Shown here in pieces: positions 48,670 through 57,309 of a stretch of 64,000 nt of DNA. Every line of letters begins with the position of its first letter. The first letter of the stretch is position 1. The translations under genes and the position numbers were made by a program. Source of the stretch: an uncultured delta proteobacterium (GTDB taxonomy: Bacteria; Myxococcota_A; Polyangia; Polyangiales; Polyangiaceae); NCBI GenBank assembly GCA_963696385.1, contig CAVOKF010000004.1:352001-416000 (forward strand). The letters are read 5' to 3'. A model generated the notes under the pieces. It did no database searches. It was not told where the DNA came from and saw only the letters and a list, made by a program, of their open reading frames with translations.

Positions 48670-49318
48670 GCAAAAGTCCTTCGTCGAAAGCTCCGTCGAG
48701 CCGGCTGGCCAGTCGTTCCGGGACACCGGCGGTCAAGGCCAAGACGCCGTCGACGAGCGCCGTCGCCGCAGTGCGCTGATCGTCGACGACCGGATGTCGC
48801 TCGACGAGGTCCGTTCGAAACGTCATGGCTCTCGAAAGGGCGCCTTCGATCGCGCCCCGAATACGCCGTGCTTCGTCGCCGTCGATCCGCACCGAGCGTT
48901 GGGTCCGGCCCCGTTCGAGATAGCGGTCGAACAATCGTCCGAGTACGTACGTGTGCAAGGCGGAGTGCACCGGCCACACGAGACCGACGGGGGCCAGTCT
49001 CGCCACGGCGCGGACCGCGATGCGCGTGGCGAAAAAGCGCAACGCGGCCGCCATCCACCCTCGACGGACACCGGGGGCGAGCGGCTCTGCGAGAACGGTG
49101 CGCGCTTCGCAACTCAGTGAGAGACCATGCCGGACGGCGATGTCGTGCACGAGTGCGCCGCGAATGCCGCGCGCAAGTGCATCTGGAATCCACGGCACCG
49201 GCAGCGCACCTGCGAAAGCGCCGAACGTGGCGTACACGCCGAGACGGCTGCCGCCGACATGGCCGCGGCGCTCTGCGACCGTTTCGCCAGCGCCGTCCGC
49301 GAAGGGGGGGTGGAGCAT
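48656..49318 (-). CDS. Hypothetical protein (DUF697/EcsC-like)
   Basis: FAGALPVPWIPD...LVHDIAVRHG, TYVLGRLF; GGGGG RBS after the upstream stop. Confidence 0.55.
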   Translation of the reverse strand: MLHPPFADGAGETVAERRGHVGGSRLGVYATFGAFAGALPVPWIPDALARGIRGALVHDIAVRHGLSLSCEARTVLAEPLAPGVRRGWMAAALRFFATRIAVRAVARLAPVGLVWPVHSALHTYVLGRLFDRYLERGRTQRSVRIDGDEARRIRGAIEGALSRAMTFRTDLVERHPVVDDQRTAATALVDGVLALTAGVPERLASRLDGAFDEGLLRGIE

Positions 49319-49331
49319 CGACGCCCCCAGT

Positions 49332-50210
49332 CTACGCGAAGGCGCCGGCGAGAGGATGAAGCTCGAGAACGACGGCGTTGCATTCGAGGGCGATTCGTAA
49401 CAGTTCCGTCGTTGTGAGCGGGCCAATGTCCAGGCTCAAACGCGTTGGGGCCGTCGGATTGGAGGGGACCAGCAAACGCGCACCGCGCGTCGCGACCGCT
49501 CCTTCGAAGGCGCGCACATCGCCGGCCAGTCGAAGCGAAAACGCATGTTCACTCGATGCGATCTGAGCGGGCGCTCCCTGGATGGCCACGCGGCCACCGT
49601 CGATCAGAATGGCCTCGTCGGCGGCCAGTCCGACGGCCGACTCGAGCGAAACGCGTGCGGCGAAAAACGCCGTCCGACGCCCGGCAAGTGCGCGTACCAC
49701 CAGGCGCAAGAAGGCGCCGCGCGCCTCGGGCGGTAAGTCGACGCCGGGGTCCTCGACGAGCAGCACCGGGGCGCCCGTCGCCAGGGCAGCGGCTACGACG
49801 GTTGCCCGGCGCACGGTGAGCGATGCCCGTTGGAGCTTGGCCCGCGCGAACGGGGAAATCGCCAATTTCTCCATGGTCTCGCTCGCGGCGGACATCGCCG
49901 CGTCACGCGGTTGACCGGCCAGGCGCGCACTCCACGAGATGTACTCGAATGGCGACCACCGCAACGGCAACCTCGGATCGAGCGGCGCGGCGGCGCACAC
50001 GCCCGCTCGGACCGCTTGCAGCGGCCCGAGCCCCGCCACGCGAATCTCTCCCTGCTCGATCGCTCGGAGCCCCGCCATCGACTCGAACAGTGCGCGAGCG
50101 GCGCCGAGCACCAGCACCCACTCGCCCGTCGTGGCGAGCGACAAGCCTTCGATCGCCGGCACAGCCCCCACATCGACGCGCAGCGACGAGGTGGTCAATA
50201 AGGGGAACAC
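49332..50210 (-). CDS. Degenerate ABC-ATPase-like protein
   Basis: ABC fold remnants (IEGLSL, GEIRVAG, LLVEDP, ADEAILIDGGRVAIQG) but no Walker A GKT/S, LSGGQ or H-loop. Confidence 0.7.
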   Translation of the reverse strand: MFPLLTTSSLRVDVGAVPAIEGLSLATTGEWVLVLGAARALFESMAGLRAIEQGEIRVAGLGPLQAVRAGVCAAAPLDPRLPLRWSPFEYISWSARLAGQPRDAAMSAASETMEKLAISPFARAKLQRASLTVRRATVVAAALATGAPVLLVEDPGVDLPPEARGAFLRLVVRALAGRRTAFFAARVSLESAVGLAADEAILIDGGRVAIQGAPAQIASSEHAFSLRLAGDVRAFEGAVATRGARLLVPSNPTAPTRLSLDIGPLTTTELLRIALECNAVVLELHPLAGAFA

Positions 50211-50240
50211 CGAAGGATGATAGACTCGAGCGACGCGGGC

Positions 50241-50256
50241 TGGCACGTATGTCGCA
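50241..50256 (+). promoter_or_regulatory. Putative sigma54 promoter
   Basis: TGGCACGTATGTCGCA = GG-N10-GC, 34 nt upstream of ATG 50291. Confidence 0.62.
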
Positions 50257-50290
50257 AGGACTTCGCTCCTTCGAGGTCGGCAACCCCACG

Positions 50291-51193
50291 ATGACGCGAA
50301 TGTTCCGTGCTCCCAGCCGTTGGCGAGCCCCCATGACCGGGGGCTCGGTCCCCCGCAATCTCGGGCCGATCGCGACCGCGCTGGCAGCGGCCGTGGCGTG
50401 TTCGCAGGGCGCCGGCGATCAGGTGACGCCCCCCGTCGATCTGGGGATGACCAGCACGATTGCCCCCTATTACAACGACGGCAATCTCACCTTGTATCAG
50501 GTGAACATGCCGATTCCGCTGCCGGTTCGTCGTCCGACGGCAGACGAGTCGCAGGGCCTCGGGCCGGCACCCTCGGGCACGCCGTACCCTCATGCGCCAT
50601 TTCTGACGGCCGGCGACGAGAGTCTCGAGGTCCATTACGTCATTTCCAATCTGGACACGGCACCCCACACCGTGTCGCTGCTCATCGACCCGTGGAACGA
50701 ATTCGTACGATGGAGTCCCGGGGTGACGGTCGTCAGCGACGACGAAACCGTTCCGAATTTCGGCTACGACTTGAGTTTCTGGGTCGACGCGCTGTCTCGG
50801 GTGGAGGGTGACATGACGCAGGACGACACGCAGGAGATCGCGATCAAGCTCGCCGCCGTCGAAAATGTCCTGTCCCAGCAGCAGACCGTTGCGACGTCTG
50901 CCATGGACAACGGTTCGCCGGATGCGACGACGCTCGTCAACCATATCTTCGATGCCCAGAACTGGTCGAACACCGGCGACCCGCTTTTTGATCCGTGGAT
51001 CCCTCCCGTCATCGCGGGTCTGACCGGCTTCGATCTCGGACTTCGCACCGTCGACGGTCCCGCCAACATCGCGGTCGAGATCACGATGCAAGTCGAGGAC
51101 CTCAACGGCAACCGTTTCGTGGTTCAGGGTTCGAACGTGCCGCAAATGGGCATCCCCGCCACGGTGCTCTCCCCGCCCGCGGCGCGCTTCTAG
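50291..51193 (+). CDS. Hypothetical acidic lipoprotein
   Basis: Lipobox-like AVAC; strong coding-style codon usage; start may be 50334. Confidence 0.72.
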   Translation: MTRMFRAPSRWRAPMTGGSVPRNLGPIATALAAAVACSQGAGDQVTPPVDLGMTSTIAPYYNDGNLTLYQVNMPIPLPVRRPTADESQGLGPAPSGTPYPHAPFLTAGDESLEVHYVISNLDTAPHTVSLLIDPWNEFVRWSPGVTVVSDDETVPNFGYDLSFWVDALSRVEGDMTQDDTQEIAIKLAAVENVLSQQQTVATSAMDNGSPDATTLVNHIFDAQNWSNTGDPLFDPWIPPVIAGLTGFDLGLRTVDGPANIAVEITMQVEDLNGNRFVVQGSNVPQMGIPATVLSPPAARF

Positions 51194-51221
51194 GAGCCAT
51201 TTTCGAAAGCCGACTGGGTCG

Positions 51222-51249
51222 CTCGTGCACTCCGACGGCGGTGCACGAG
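51222..51249. terminator. Hairpin between convergent genes
   Basis: CTCGTGCAC-N10-GTGCACGAG perfect 9-bp stem; no U-tract. Confidence 0.45.
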
Positions 51250-51264
51250 TCCGCTCGGCCGGAT

Positions 51265-52707
51265 CTAATCCACACTTCCGAGTTTGCGCTCGATGGCCTC
51301 GATGTGCGCGCGCACCTCGGGGTCGTTCGAGCGAAGGGCCTCCACCTTGCGAACGGCGCTGATGATGGTCGTGTGGTCGCGATTTCCGAACGCGCGACCA
51401 AGCTCGGGAAAGCTGCACTTCAAGCGCTGCTTGCACAAGTACATTGCAACGTGGCGGGCGAACGCGATGCTCTTGTGCCGATCTTTCGAGAGCAGATCGG
51501 TCGATCGAAGCTTGAAGTGGTGGCAGACGACGCGCTGAATGTCCTCGACGCTCGCTTCGTTGGGGCGTGACGTCCCGGTCGCCGCAATCTCGGTGCGCGC
51601 GAAGTCGAGCTCGATCGGCTTGCCGAGCAATGAGGCCTTGGCCGCCAGGCGGATGAGCGTTCCTTCGAGCTCCCGAACGTTGCTTCGAACGCTTTGTGCA
51701 ATGTACACGCATACGTCGTCGGCGAGCTCGATGTGCTCGAGTTGGGCTTTCTTTCGGACGATGGCCACGCGGGTCTCGAGCTCGGGCGCCTGGATGTCGG
51801 CGACCAGTCCCCATTGAAAGCGCGACACGAGCCGCTCCTCCATCTTGTCGAGCTGCTGAGGATACTTGTCGCTCGTGACGACGATTTGCTTGCTCGCCTG
51901 GTGGAGTGCGTTGAAGGCGTGAAAGAACTCTTCCTGCGTTTGGGTCTTTCCGGCCAGAAAGTGAATGTCGTCGACCAGCAGCAGGTCGCATCGATCGCGG
52001 TATCGAGCGCGAAAATCGTGCATGCGCTGATCGGTCAGCGCTTGAACGAACTCGTTAACGAACTTTTCGGCGCTGATGTAGACGATGCGGGCTTCCGGCC
52101 GTTCGTCGCGAACTCGGTGGGCGATGGCGTGGACGAGGTGCGTCTTTCCGAGACCGGTGCCGCCGCAGACAAACAGCGGATTGTGCCGCCTGCCGCCCGC
52201 CCCCGCGGCGGCCATCGATGCAGCGTGGGCGAGCTGGTTCGAGGGGCCGACGACGAAGTTCGCGAAGGTGTATTTTCCGTTGAGGCCCTCGAGGAGGGGA
52301 GCGAGAGCGAGCGCGCGCGACGGCAGCCCTGGCGGAGTCGAGCGCCGAACGCCACCCTCTCCCGGCCGAGACATGGAGTCGTCCGGAGCGGGTGGTCGGA
52401 CCGACAAGGCGCGCGGCTTGACCGGTGCAAAAGGCGCGGGCCGGTCGGCGACGGGGCGATCCAGCGCCCCGTCGATGGTCCAACGCACTTGAATGCTCAG
52501 GCCCGTGTTCGCCGCGAGCCGCTCGCTCAACGTGGGCAAAAAATAGTCGTCGACCCATTGCCGAACGAAGTCGTTGCGCGCTCGCAGCGCGAGCACACCG
52601 TCCGTCAGGCCGTCGAATTGAACTCCGGAAAACCACTGATCGAAGCTCGCGGGCGATTTTTCGCGCGTGAAAGCAACGGCCTCACCCCAGCTCCGCTCGC
52701 CTGACAT
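51265..52707 (-). CDS. dnaA: Chromosomal replication initiator DnaA
   Basis: YTFANFVVGPSN, NPLFVCGGTGLGKTHL, LLVDDIHF, RLVSRFQWGL, NVRELEG, RDHTTI; GAGGT RBS before MSGERSW. Confidence 0.97.
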   Translation of the reverse strand: MSGERSWGEAVAFTREKSPASFDQWFSGVQFDGLTDGVLALRARNDFVRQWVDDYFLPTLSERLAANTGLSIQVRWTIDGALDRPVADRPAPFAPVKPRALSVRPPAPDDSMSRPGEGGVRRSTPPGLPSRALALAPLLEGLNGKYTFANFVVGPSNQLAHAASMAAAGAGGRRHNPLFVCGGTGLGKTHLVHAIAHRVRDERPEARIVYISAEKFVNEFVQALTDQRMHDFRARYRDRCDLLLVDDIHFLAGKTQTQEEFFHAFNALHQASKQIVVTSDKYPQQLDKMEERLVSRFQWGLVADIQAPELETRVAIVRKKAQLEHIELADDVCVYIAQSVRSNVRELEGTLIRLAAKASLLGKPIELDFARTEIAATGTSRPNEASVEDIQRVVCHHFKLRSTDLLSKDRHKSIAFARHVAMYLCKQRLKCSFPELGRAFGNRDHTTIISAVRKVEALRSNDPEVRAHIEAIERKLGSVD

Positions 52708-52959
52708 CGAAGGCACCTCACGCACACGACCCAGGGGTGTTCCATCCAAGTCGCCGTGCTCGTGGATGGGCATTGCGGCCTGCGCCAATTCACTCGACAA
52801 CCAACCAACTTCGACGTTCAGCCCCATGACCCCAGTCCCTTCGCGACAAATTCCCAAAGCTCCGCTGCGATGCGCTCGCGGGCCAAGCGGCACCGGGGCT
52901 CGCCGGCCCTCAGCGGCCTACCCGCACCCCGTGCAACGAACACCAGCGGTCACCACACG

Positions 52960-52980
52960 TTTTCCACAACCTGTGGATAA
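52960..52980. promoter_or_regulatory. Pair of oppositely oriented DnaA boxes
   Basis: TTTTCCACA-acc-TGTGGATAA; both match TTWTNCACA, one is the perfect TTATCCACA. Confidence 0.85.
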
Positions 52981-53634
52981 GGATAGAGGAGTAGCCCAGC
53001 CTTTCAGCAGACAATGATGAGGAGTATCGATGCGATGGCGCGAAACGCGTCAGGGATTGGACGGCGCCCAATCTCGCCGATCGCCCGCGCGTTGGAGAGG
53101 CTTGGAAGGATCACCTCGTGCCAGGCAACCCCATGTGAGAGCATCTCGTAGGAGGAGCCCTTTCGGACCTACAAAAACCGGTGCTCCGAAGTCTCACAGA
53201 GTGAGCGTGAGACGCGGAGGAACCGGAAGAGAAATGGCATCTCATCGGACGCGGTGACGACTCCCATCATTGGATCCAATGAGAACGCGCATGGAGCTAC
53301 CACCCCCGCTCGCCGTGCGTCCATGGCTTCGTTGTTCGGGCTCTCAAGGTGGCGGAAACACGGGTGTTTTTTTCGTGCAGTGCACCCGTGAGGAGGCGTT
53401 CGCCGGGGCGTCACGATCGCCTTCAATGCCGAAGTCGGCGTTATGGCTTTCGAATCCGCCGTGGTGCATCGAGCTCGTCCTTCGCGGTGGCCGTTTTTGG
53501 CTCAGGCGCGGTGTCAAGAGTCGACGAGACGGCGTCTTTTGCGCAACAGACTCGAGACCGAGGGTTGCCGTGGCGTCATGTTCCGCGCCGGCGGAAAACT
53601 CGTCGGGCGTTGCTGCCGCTGTTAGGGTCGTGCC

Positions 53635-54621
53635 GTGCGTACCCTGGGAGAAGCGGTAGTCGTTTCGGCTACCGCGCTCGGCTCACTGTTGTTCGCATCG
53701 GGGAATGCGGCCGCGGCTCCCATGTCGATCTCACCTGAGCAGGCGTACGATCTCGGAGAAATCCCGAGCGCCCGGGCGGTTGGCATGGGCGGATCGCTCA
53801 ACGCCCTTGGGGTATCGACGAGCTCGCTCTACTTGAACCCAGCCAACCTGCCGCTCGCGCGCGTCTATCACTTCGAAACGCTGGCTGCCTATATCCCCGA
53901 GGCAAGTCGGCAGACGTATGGCCTTGCAGTCGCCGACTCCATGACCGGCAAGCTCGCGGGAGGTGCGGCGGCGACCTGGTCGCTGCTCGACCCGAGCGGA
54001 ATTCATCGAACGTGGACCGATATACGGGCCGCGTTCGGCTTTCCGCTGGGAGATCACCTTGCGCTCGGGGCTGCCGCTCGCTGGCTCCGCGTCGAGCAGG
54101 ACGCTTCCGCGGGCCCGTTCGGAGCCAGTCCTGCGTCGAGCGGGACCGCGAACGCTCCCATCTTCAACGCGATCACGTTCGATGCGGGAGCGACCGTCAG
54201 CATCGGAGACGGATTTCGAATGGCGGCCGTGGGTCACAATCTGACGTTCACGAACACTGCGCTGGCCCCGACGACCGCCGCCGCGGGCGTCGGTTACTCC
54301 GCCCAGGTGTTCGCGATCGAAGCGGACGGATTGCTCGACTTCACGACCTGGGGGAACACGCGCGGCCGCATCATGGGAGGCGGCGAGCTCTTTCTCGCGG
54401 ACCACTACGCGATCCGCGCGGGGTGGCGCTACGACGGCGGGACGAAGCTCAACACGCCCTCGCTCGGTTTCGGTTACATCGACCCGCACTGGAGCGTCGA
54501 GATCGGGGCTCGCCGCGATATCGAGGCGGAGCATGCGTCCACGCTCGCGGTCCTGTCGCTCCGCTACTTTTACGATCCCAACGCCTCGACGTCGCCGGCC
54601 GATCAGCTGGGCGGGTTCTAG
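53635..54621 (+). CDS. Outer-membrane beta-barrel protein (PorV/FadL-like N-terminal plug)
   Basis: Signal peptide; SARAVGMGG...SLYLNPANL; alternating amphipathic beta strands. Confidence 0.72.
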   Translation: MRTLGEAVVVSATALGSLLFASGNAAAAPMSISPEQAYDLGEIPSARAVGMGGSLNALGVSTSSLYLNPANLPLARVYHFETLAAYIPEASRQTYGLAVADSMTGKLAGGAAATWSLLDPSGIHRTWTDIRAAFGFPLGDHLALGAAARWLRVEQDASAGPFGASPASSGTANAPIFNAITFDAGATVSIGDGFRMAAVGHNLTFTNTALAPTTAAAGVGYSAQVFAIEADGLLDFTTWGNTRGRIMGGGELFLADHYAIRAGWRYDGGTKLNTPSLGFGYIDPHWSVEIGARRDIEAEHASTLAVLSLRYFYDPNASTSPADQLGGF

Positions 54622-54741
54622 TCTCTAGGTTCTAGGAGTCCGTTTTTTGGCCCTGCGGATCCATCCGCGGGCGCGCGGCTCCCGCGTGCGCCCCTCGCCG
54701 AAGCGGCTTTGGGGACGGGCGACGGACGGGGCCGACCGCCG

Positions 54742-55881
54742 TCACATCGAGGCACGATACAATGCGGCGAGGTCGTCGCGTGCGGTGGCGCGCGGGTTGC
54801 TGCGGTGGCACGCATCCTCGAAGGCTTTGTCGCTCAGCCTGGGCACGTCCGCTTCGGTCACGCCCTCGAATCGAAGGCCGCTCGGGAGCCCGACGCGTTC
54901 TCGCAGGCCGCGCACAGCGTCCGCGCAGGCGCCGGAACGCGGGTTCAAGATGGCCCGGATGCGGTCGAGCTTGGCGTGCACCGCAACCTCGTTGAACTCG
55001 ATGACGGCGGGAAGGCAGAGCGCATTGGCCAGGCCGTGGTGCAACCACTTCTCGCTCGAAAGCGGGTGCGCCAGCGAATGGCACGCGCCGAGCCCCTTTT
55101 GGAAGGCGACCGCGCCCATCATCGCCGCCTTCATCATGGCGCCCCGCGCGACCAGGTCCTCGCCGTGCTCGACGGCGCGGACCAGATGAGCCGCGCAAAG
55201 CTCGAGGCCCCCGAGTGCGATGGCGTCGGCCATGGGGTGGTCTCCGATCGAAACGAATGCCTCCAAGCAGTGCGTCAATGCGTCGAACCCGGTGGCCGCG
55301 GTCACACGAGGCGGCATCGACCGGGTGAGCTCCGGATCGAGCAGGGCGGCCCTGGCGAGTAAGTGCGGGCTGAAGATGACCGTCTTGCGCCCGGTCGCGG
55401 CGAGCGTGACCACGCCCGAGCGGCCCACTTCACTGCCCGTGCCGGCCGTGGTCGGAATCGTGACGACCGGAGCGACGTTCGGGCCGATGAATTGGCCGCC
55501 ATCGGCGGCATCGTCGTAGTCGGCGAGCGGTCGATCGTGCGTCGCTCGCAGAGCAATGAGCTTTCCGCAGTCGAGGGGCGACCCACCGCCGACGGCCACG
55601 ACGCACCCGGCGCCGTGCTCGCGGAACATCGCGGCGCCGTCGATTACGTTTCTTTCGACGGGATTCGGGTCGACGCCGTCGAAAACGACGGTGGAGACCC
55701 CCCCGTCGTCGAGGATTTGGCGCACGCGCGCGGCGATGCCGACGCGCACGATTCCCGGGTCGCACACGATGAGGGCCCGTGTCGCGCCGATCCGCCGAAC
55801 GTGGTCGATGACGGTCGACACCGCGCCGACGCCGAACCGAATCGTCGTCGGAAAAGCCCACGTGACGAGCGAGTCCGTCAT
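54742..55881 (-). CDS. Iron-containing alcohol dehydrogenase
   Basis: GGGSPLD, PTTAGTGSE, DALTHCLE, HSLAH, HHGLAN. Confidence 0.94.
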   Translation of the reverse strand: MTDSLVTWAFPTTIRFGVGAVSTVIDHVRRIGATRALIVCDPGIVRVGIAARVRQILDDGGVSTVVFDGVDPNPVERNVIDGAAMFREHGAGCVVAVGGGSPLDCGKLIALRATHDRPLADYDDAADGGQFIGPNVAPVVTIPTTAGTGSEVGRSGVVTLAATGRKTVIFSPHLLARAALLDPELTRSMPPRVTAATGFDALTHCLEAFVSIGDHPMADAIALGGLELCAAHLVRAVEHGEDLVARGAMMKAAMMGAVAFQKGLGACHSLAHPLSSEKWLHHGLANALCLPAVIEFNEVAVHAKLDRIRAILNPRSGACADAVRGLRERVGLPSGLRFEGVTEADVPRLSDKAFEDACHRSNPRATARDDLAALYRASM

Positions 55882-55899
55882 GGGCCTGGGGCTAGCACG

Positions 55900-57249
55900 T
55901 CAAACCGCCTCGAAGTAGCGTCCGAGCTCCCAATCCGTGACCGCCCGGTCGTACTGGCGGCATTCCCAATCGCGGGTTCGGGCATAGTGATCGACGAACG
56001 CCTCGCCGAGGAGCGCAGGAGCGATGCGGCTCGCCACCAGCCGGTCGGTCGCTTCCCGCAACGTTCGGGGCAGCGGTGCGACCTCGCCTCGGTCCGACGC
56101 GTTGCCCTCGATGGGGGGCGGGGCTTGCGTGGCGTGCTCGATGCCCCATAGTCCCGCCGCCAGCGTCGCGGCCATAGCGATGTACGGGTTGATGTCCGCT
56201 GCAGGTTGACGGTGTTCGACGCGGGTCGATGTGGCATTTCCGGGGATGGCGCGGATGGCGCACGTTCTGTTCTCGATGCCCCAACTCGCGTTGGTCGGCG
56301 CCCAGACGCCGGGTACGTACCGCTTGTAGCTGTTGATCGTCGGCGAGATGAGGGCCGTGAGCTCGGGCATGAGCGCAACCTGCCCGCCGATGTAATGCTG
56401 GGCGACTTGGCTCAGGCCGTGCGGGCTGAGCGCGTCATGGAAGGCGTTTCGTCCTTCCCTCCAGAGGGAATGGTGCAGGTGACCGCTCGATCCGGGGAGC
56501 GCGGCATTCCACTTGGCCATGAACGTCACGGAGTAGCCGTGCCGTGCGGCGACCTGCTTGAGCGCGGTCTTGAACAGCGCGGCTTTGTCGGCCGCGCGCA
56601 GCGCCGAGTCGTATCGGATGGCGGCTTCGTAGACCCCCGGCCCGGTCTCGGTATGCAGACCCTCGATCGGGATCCCGAAGCTCGCGAGATCGTCCAAGAT
56701 CGAGTGGCAGAAGCTGGAGTTTTGGCCCTCGCGCACCCACGAATAGCCGAACATGCCGGGCGAGATGGACTCGAGCTCGCGGAAGCCTTTGGCGTGCAGC
56801 GACTGCGGCGACTCCTTGAACACGAAGAACTCGAACTCGGCCGCGAGCACGGGATCGAAACCGAGAGAGAGCGCGCGCGCGATGACCTCGCGGAGGACTC
56901 CGCGCGGGCACGCGGGATGGCGAGAGCCGTCGTTTCGCACGAAGTCCAGCAAGAACGCGGCCGTGTCCGGCTCCCAAGGCAGCACGCGAAAGGTGGATGG
57001 ATCCACCCGCGCCCGAGTATCGGGATATCCCGTGTGCCACCCGGTCAGTCGCGCGTTGTCGTAGAGGGCGTCGGCGGCGTCCCAACCGAAGATCACGTCG
57101 CAGAAGCCGATCGGCTCCTGGAGCGCACCCCAAAATTTGTCGAGCGCCAGGTACTTGCCGCGCAAGATTCCGTCGACGTCGTAGCCGCCGACTTTGACCT
57201 TGCGAATGCCGTGGCTGTCGAAGGCCTCCTTCAGCTCTTTCGCGTCCAT
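55900..57249 (-). CDS. Glutamine synthetase family protein (gamma-glutamyl-amine ligase type)
   Basis: DVDGILRGK, EFEFF, HTETGPGVYE, TFMAK, SSGHLHHSL, NSYKR, ENRTCAIR, NPY. Confidence 0.9.
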   Translation of the reverse strand: MDAKELKEAFDSHGIRKVKVGGYDVDGILRGKYLALDKFWGALQEPIGFCDVIFGWDAADALYDNARLTGWHTGYPDTRARVDPSTFRVLPWEPDTAAFLLDFVRNDGSRHPACPRGVLREVIARALSLGFDPVLAAEFEFFVFKESPQSLHAKGFRELESISPGMFGYSWVREGQNSSFCHSILDDLASFGIPIEGLHTETGPGVYEAAIRYDSALRAADKAALFKTALKQVAARHGYSVTFMAKWNAALPGSSGHLHHSLWREGRNAFHDALSPHGLSQVAQHYIGGQVALMPELTALISPTINSYKRYVPGVWAPTNASWGIENRTCAIRAIPGNATSTRVEHRQPAADINPYIAMAATLAAGLWGIEHATQAPPPIEGNASDRGEVAPLPRTLREATDRLVASRIAPALLGEAFVDHYARTRDWECRQYDRAVTDWELGRYFEAV

Positions 57250-57309
57250 GAACGCGAGTGTATCGCGGTTTGGGCAACGGCTTCGGCAACGCGTGCCGCG
57301 TCGAATCGC

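Noticed and set aside
53030..53659. Short ORFs in the dnaA upstream gap
   Set aside because: No RBS, motif or coding-like composition; treated as non-coding
54615..54636. Three closely spaced CTAG motifs (7-bp quasi-repeat) as IS target scars
   Set aside because: Too short, includes the stop codon of the upstream gene, and no IS ends or transposase nearby
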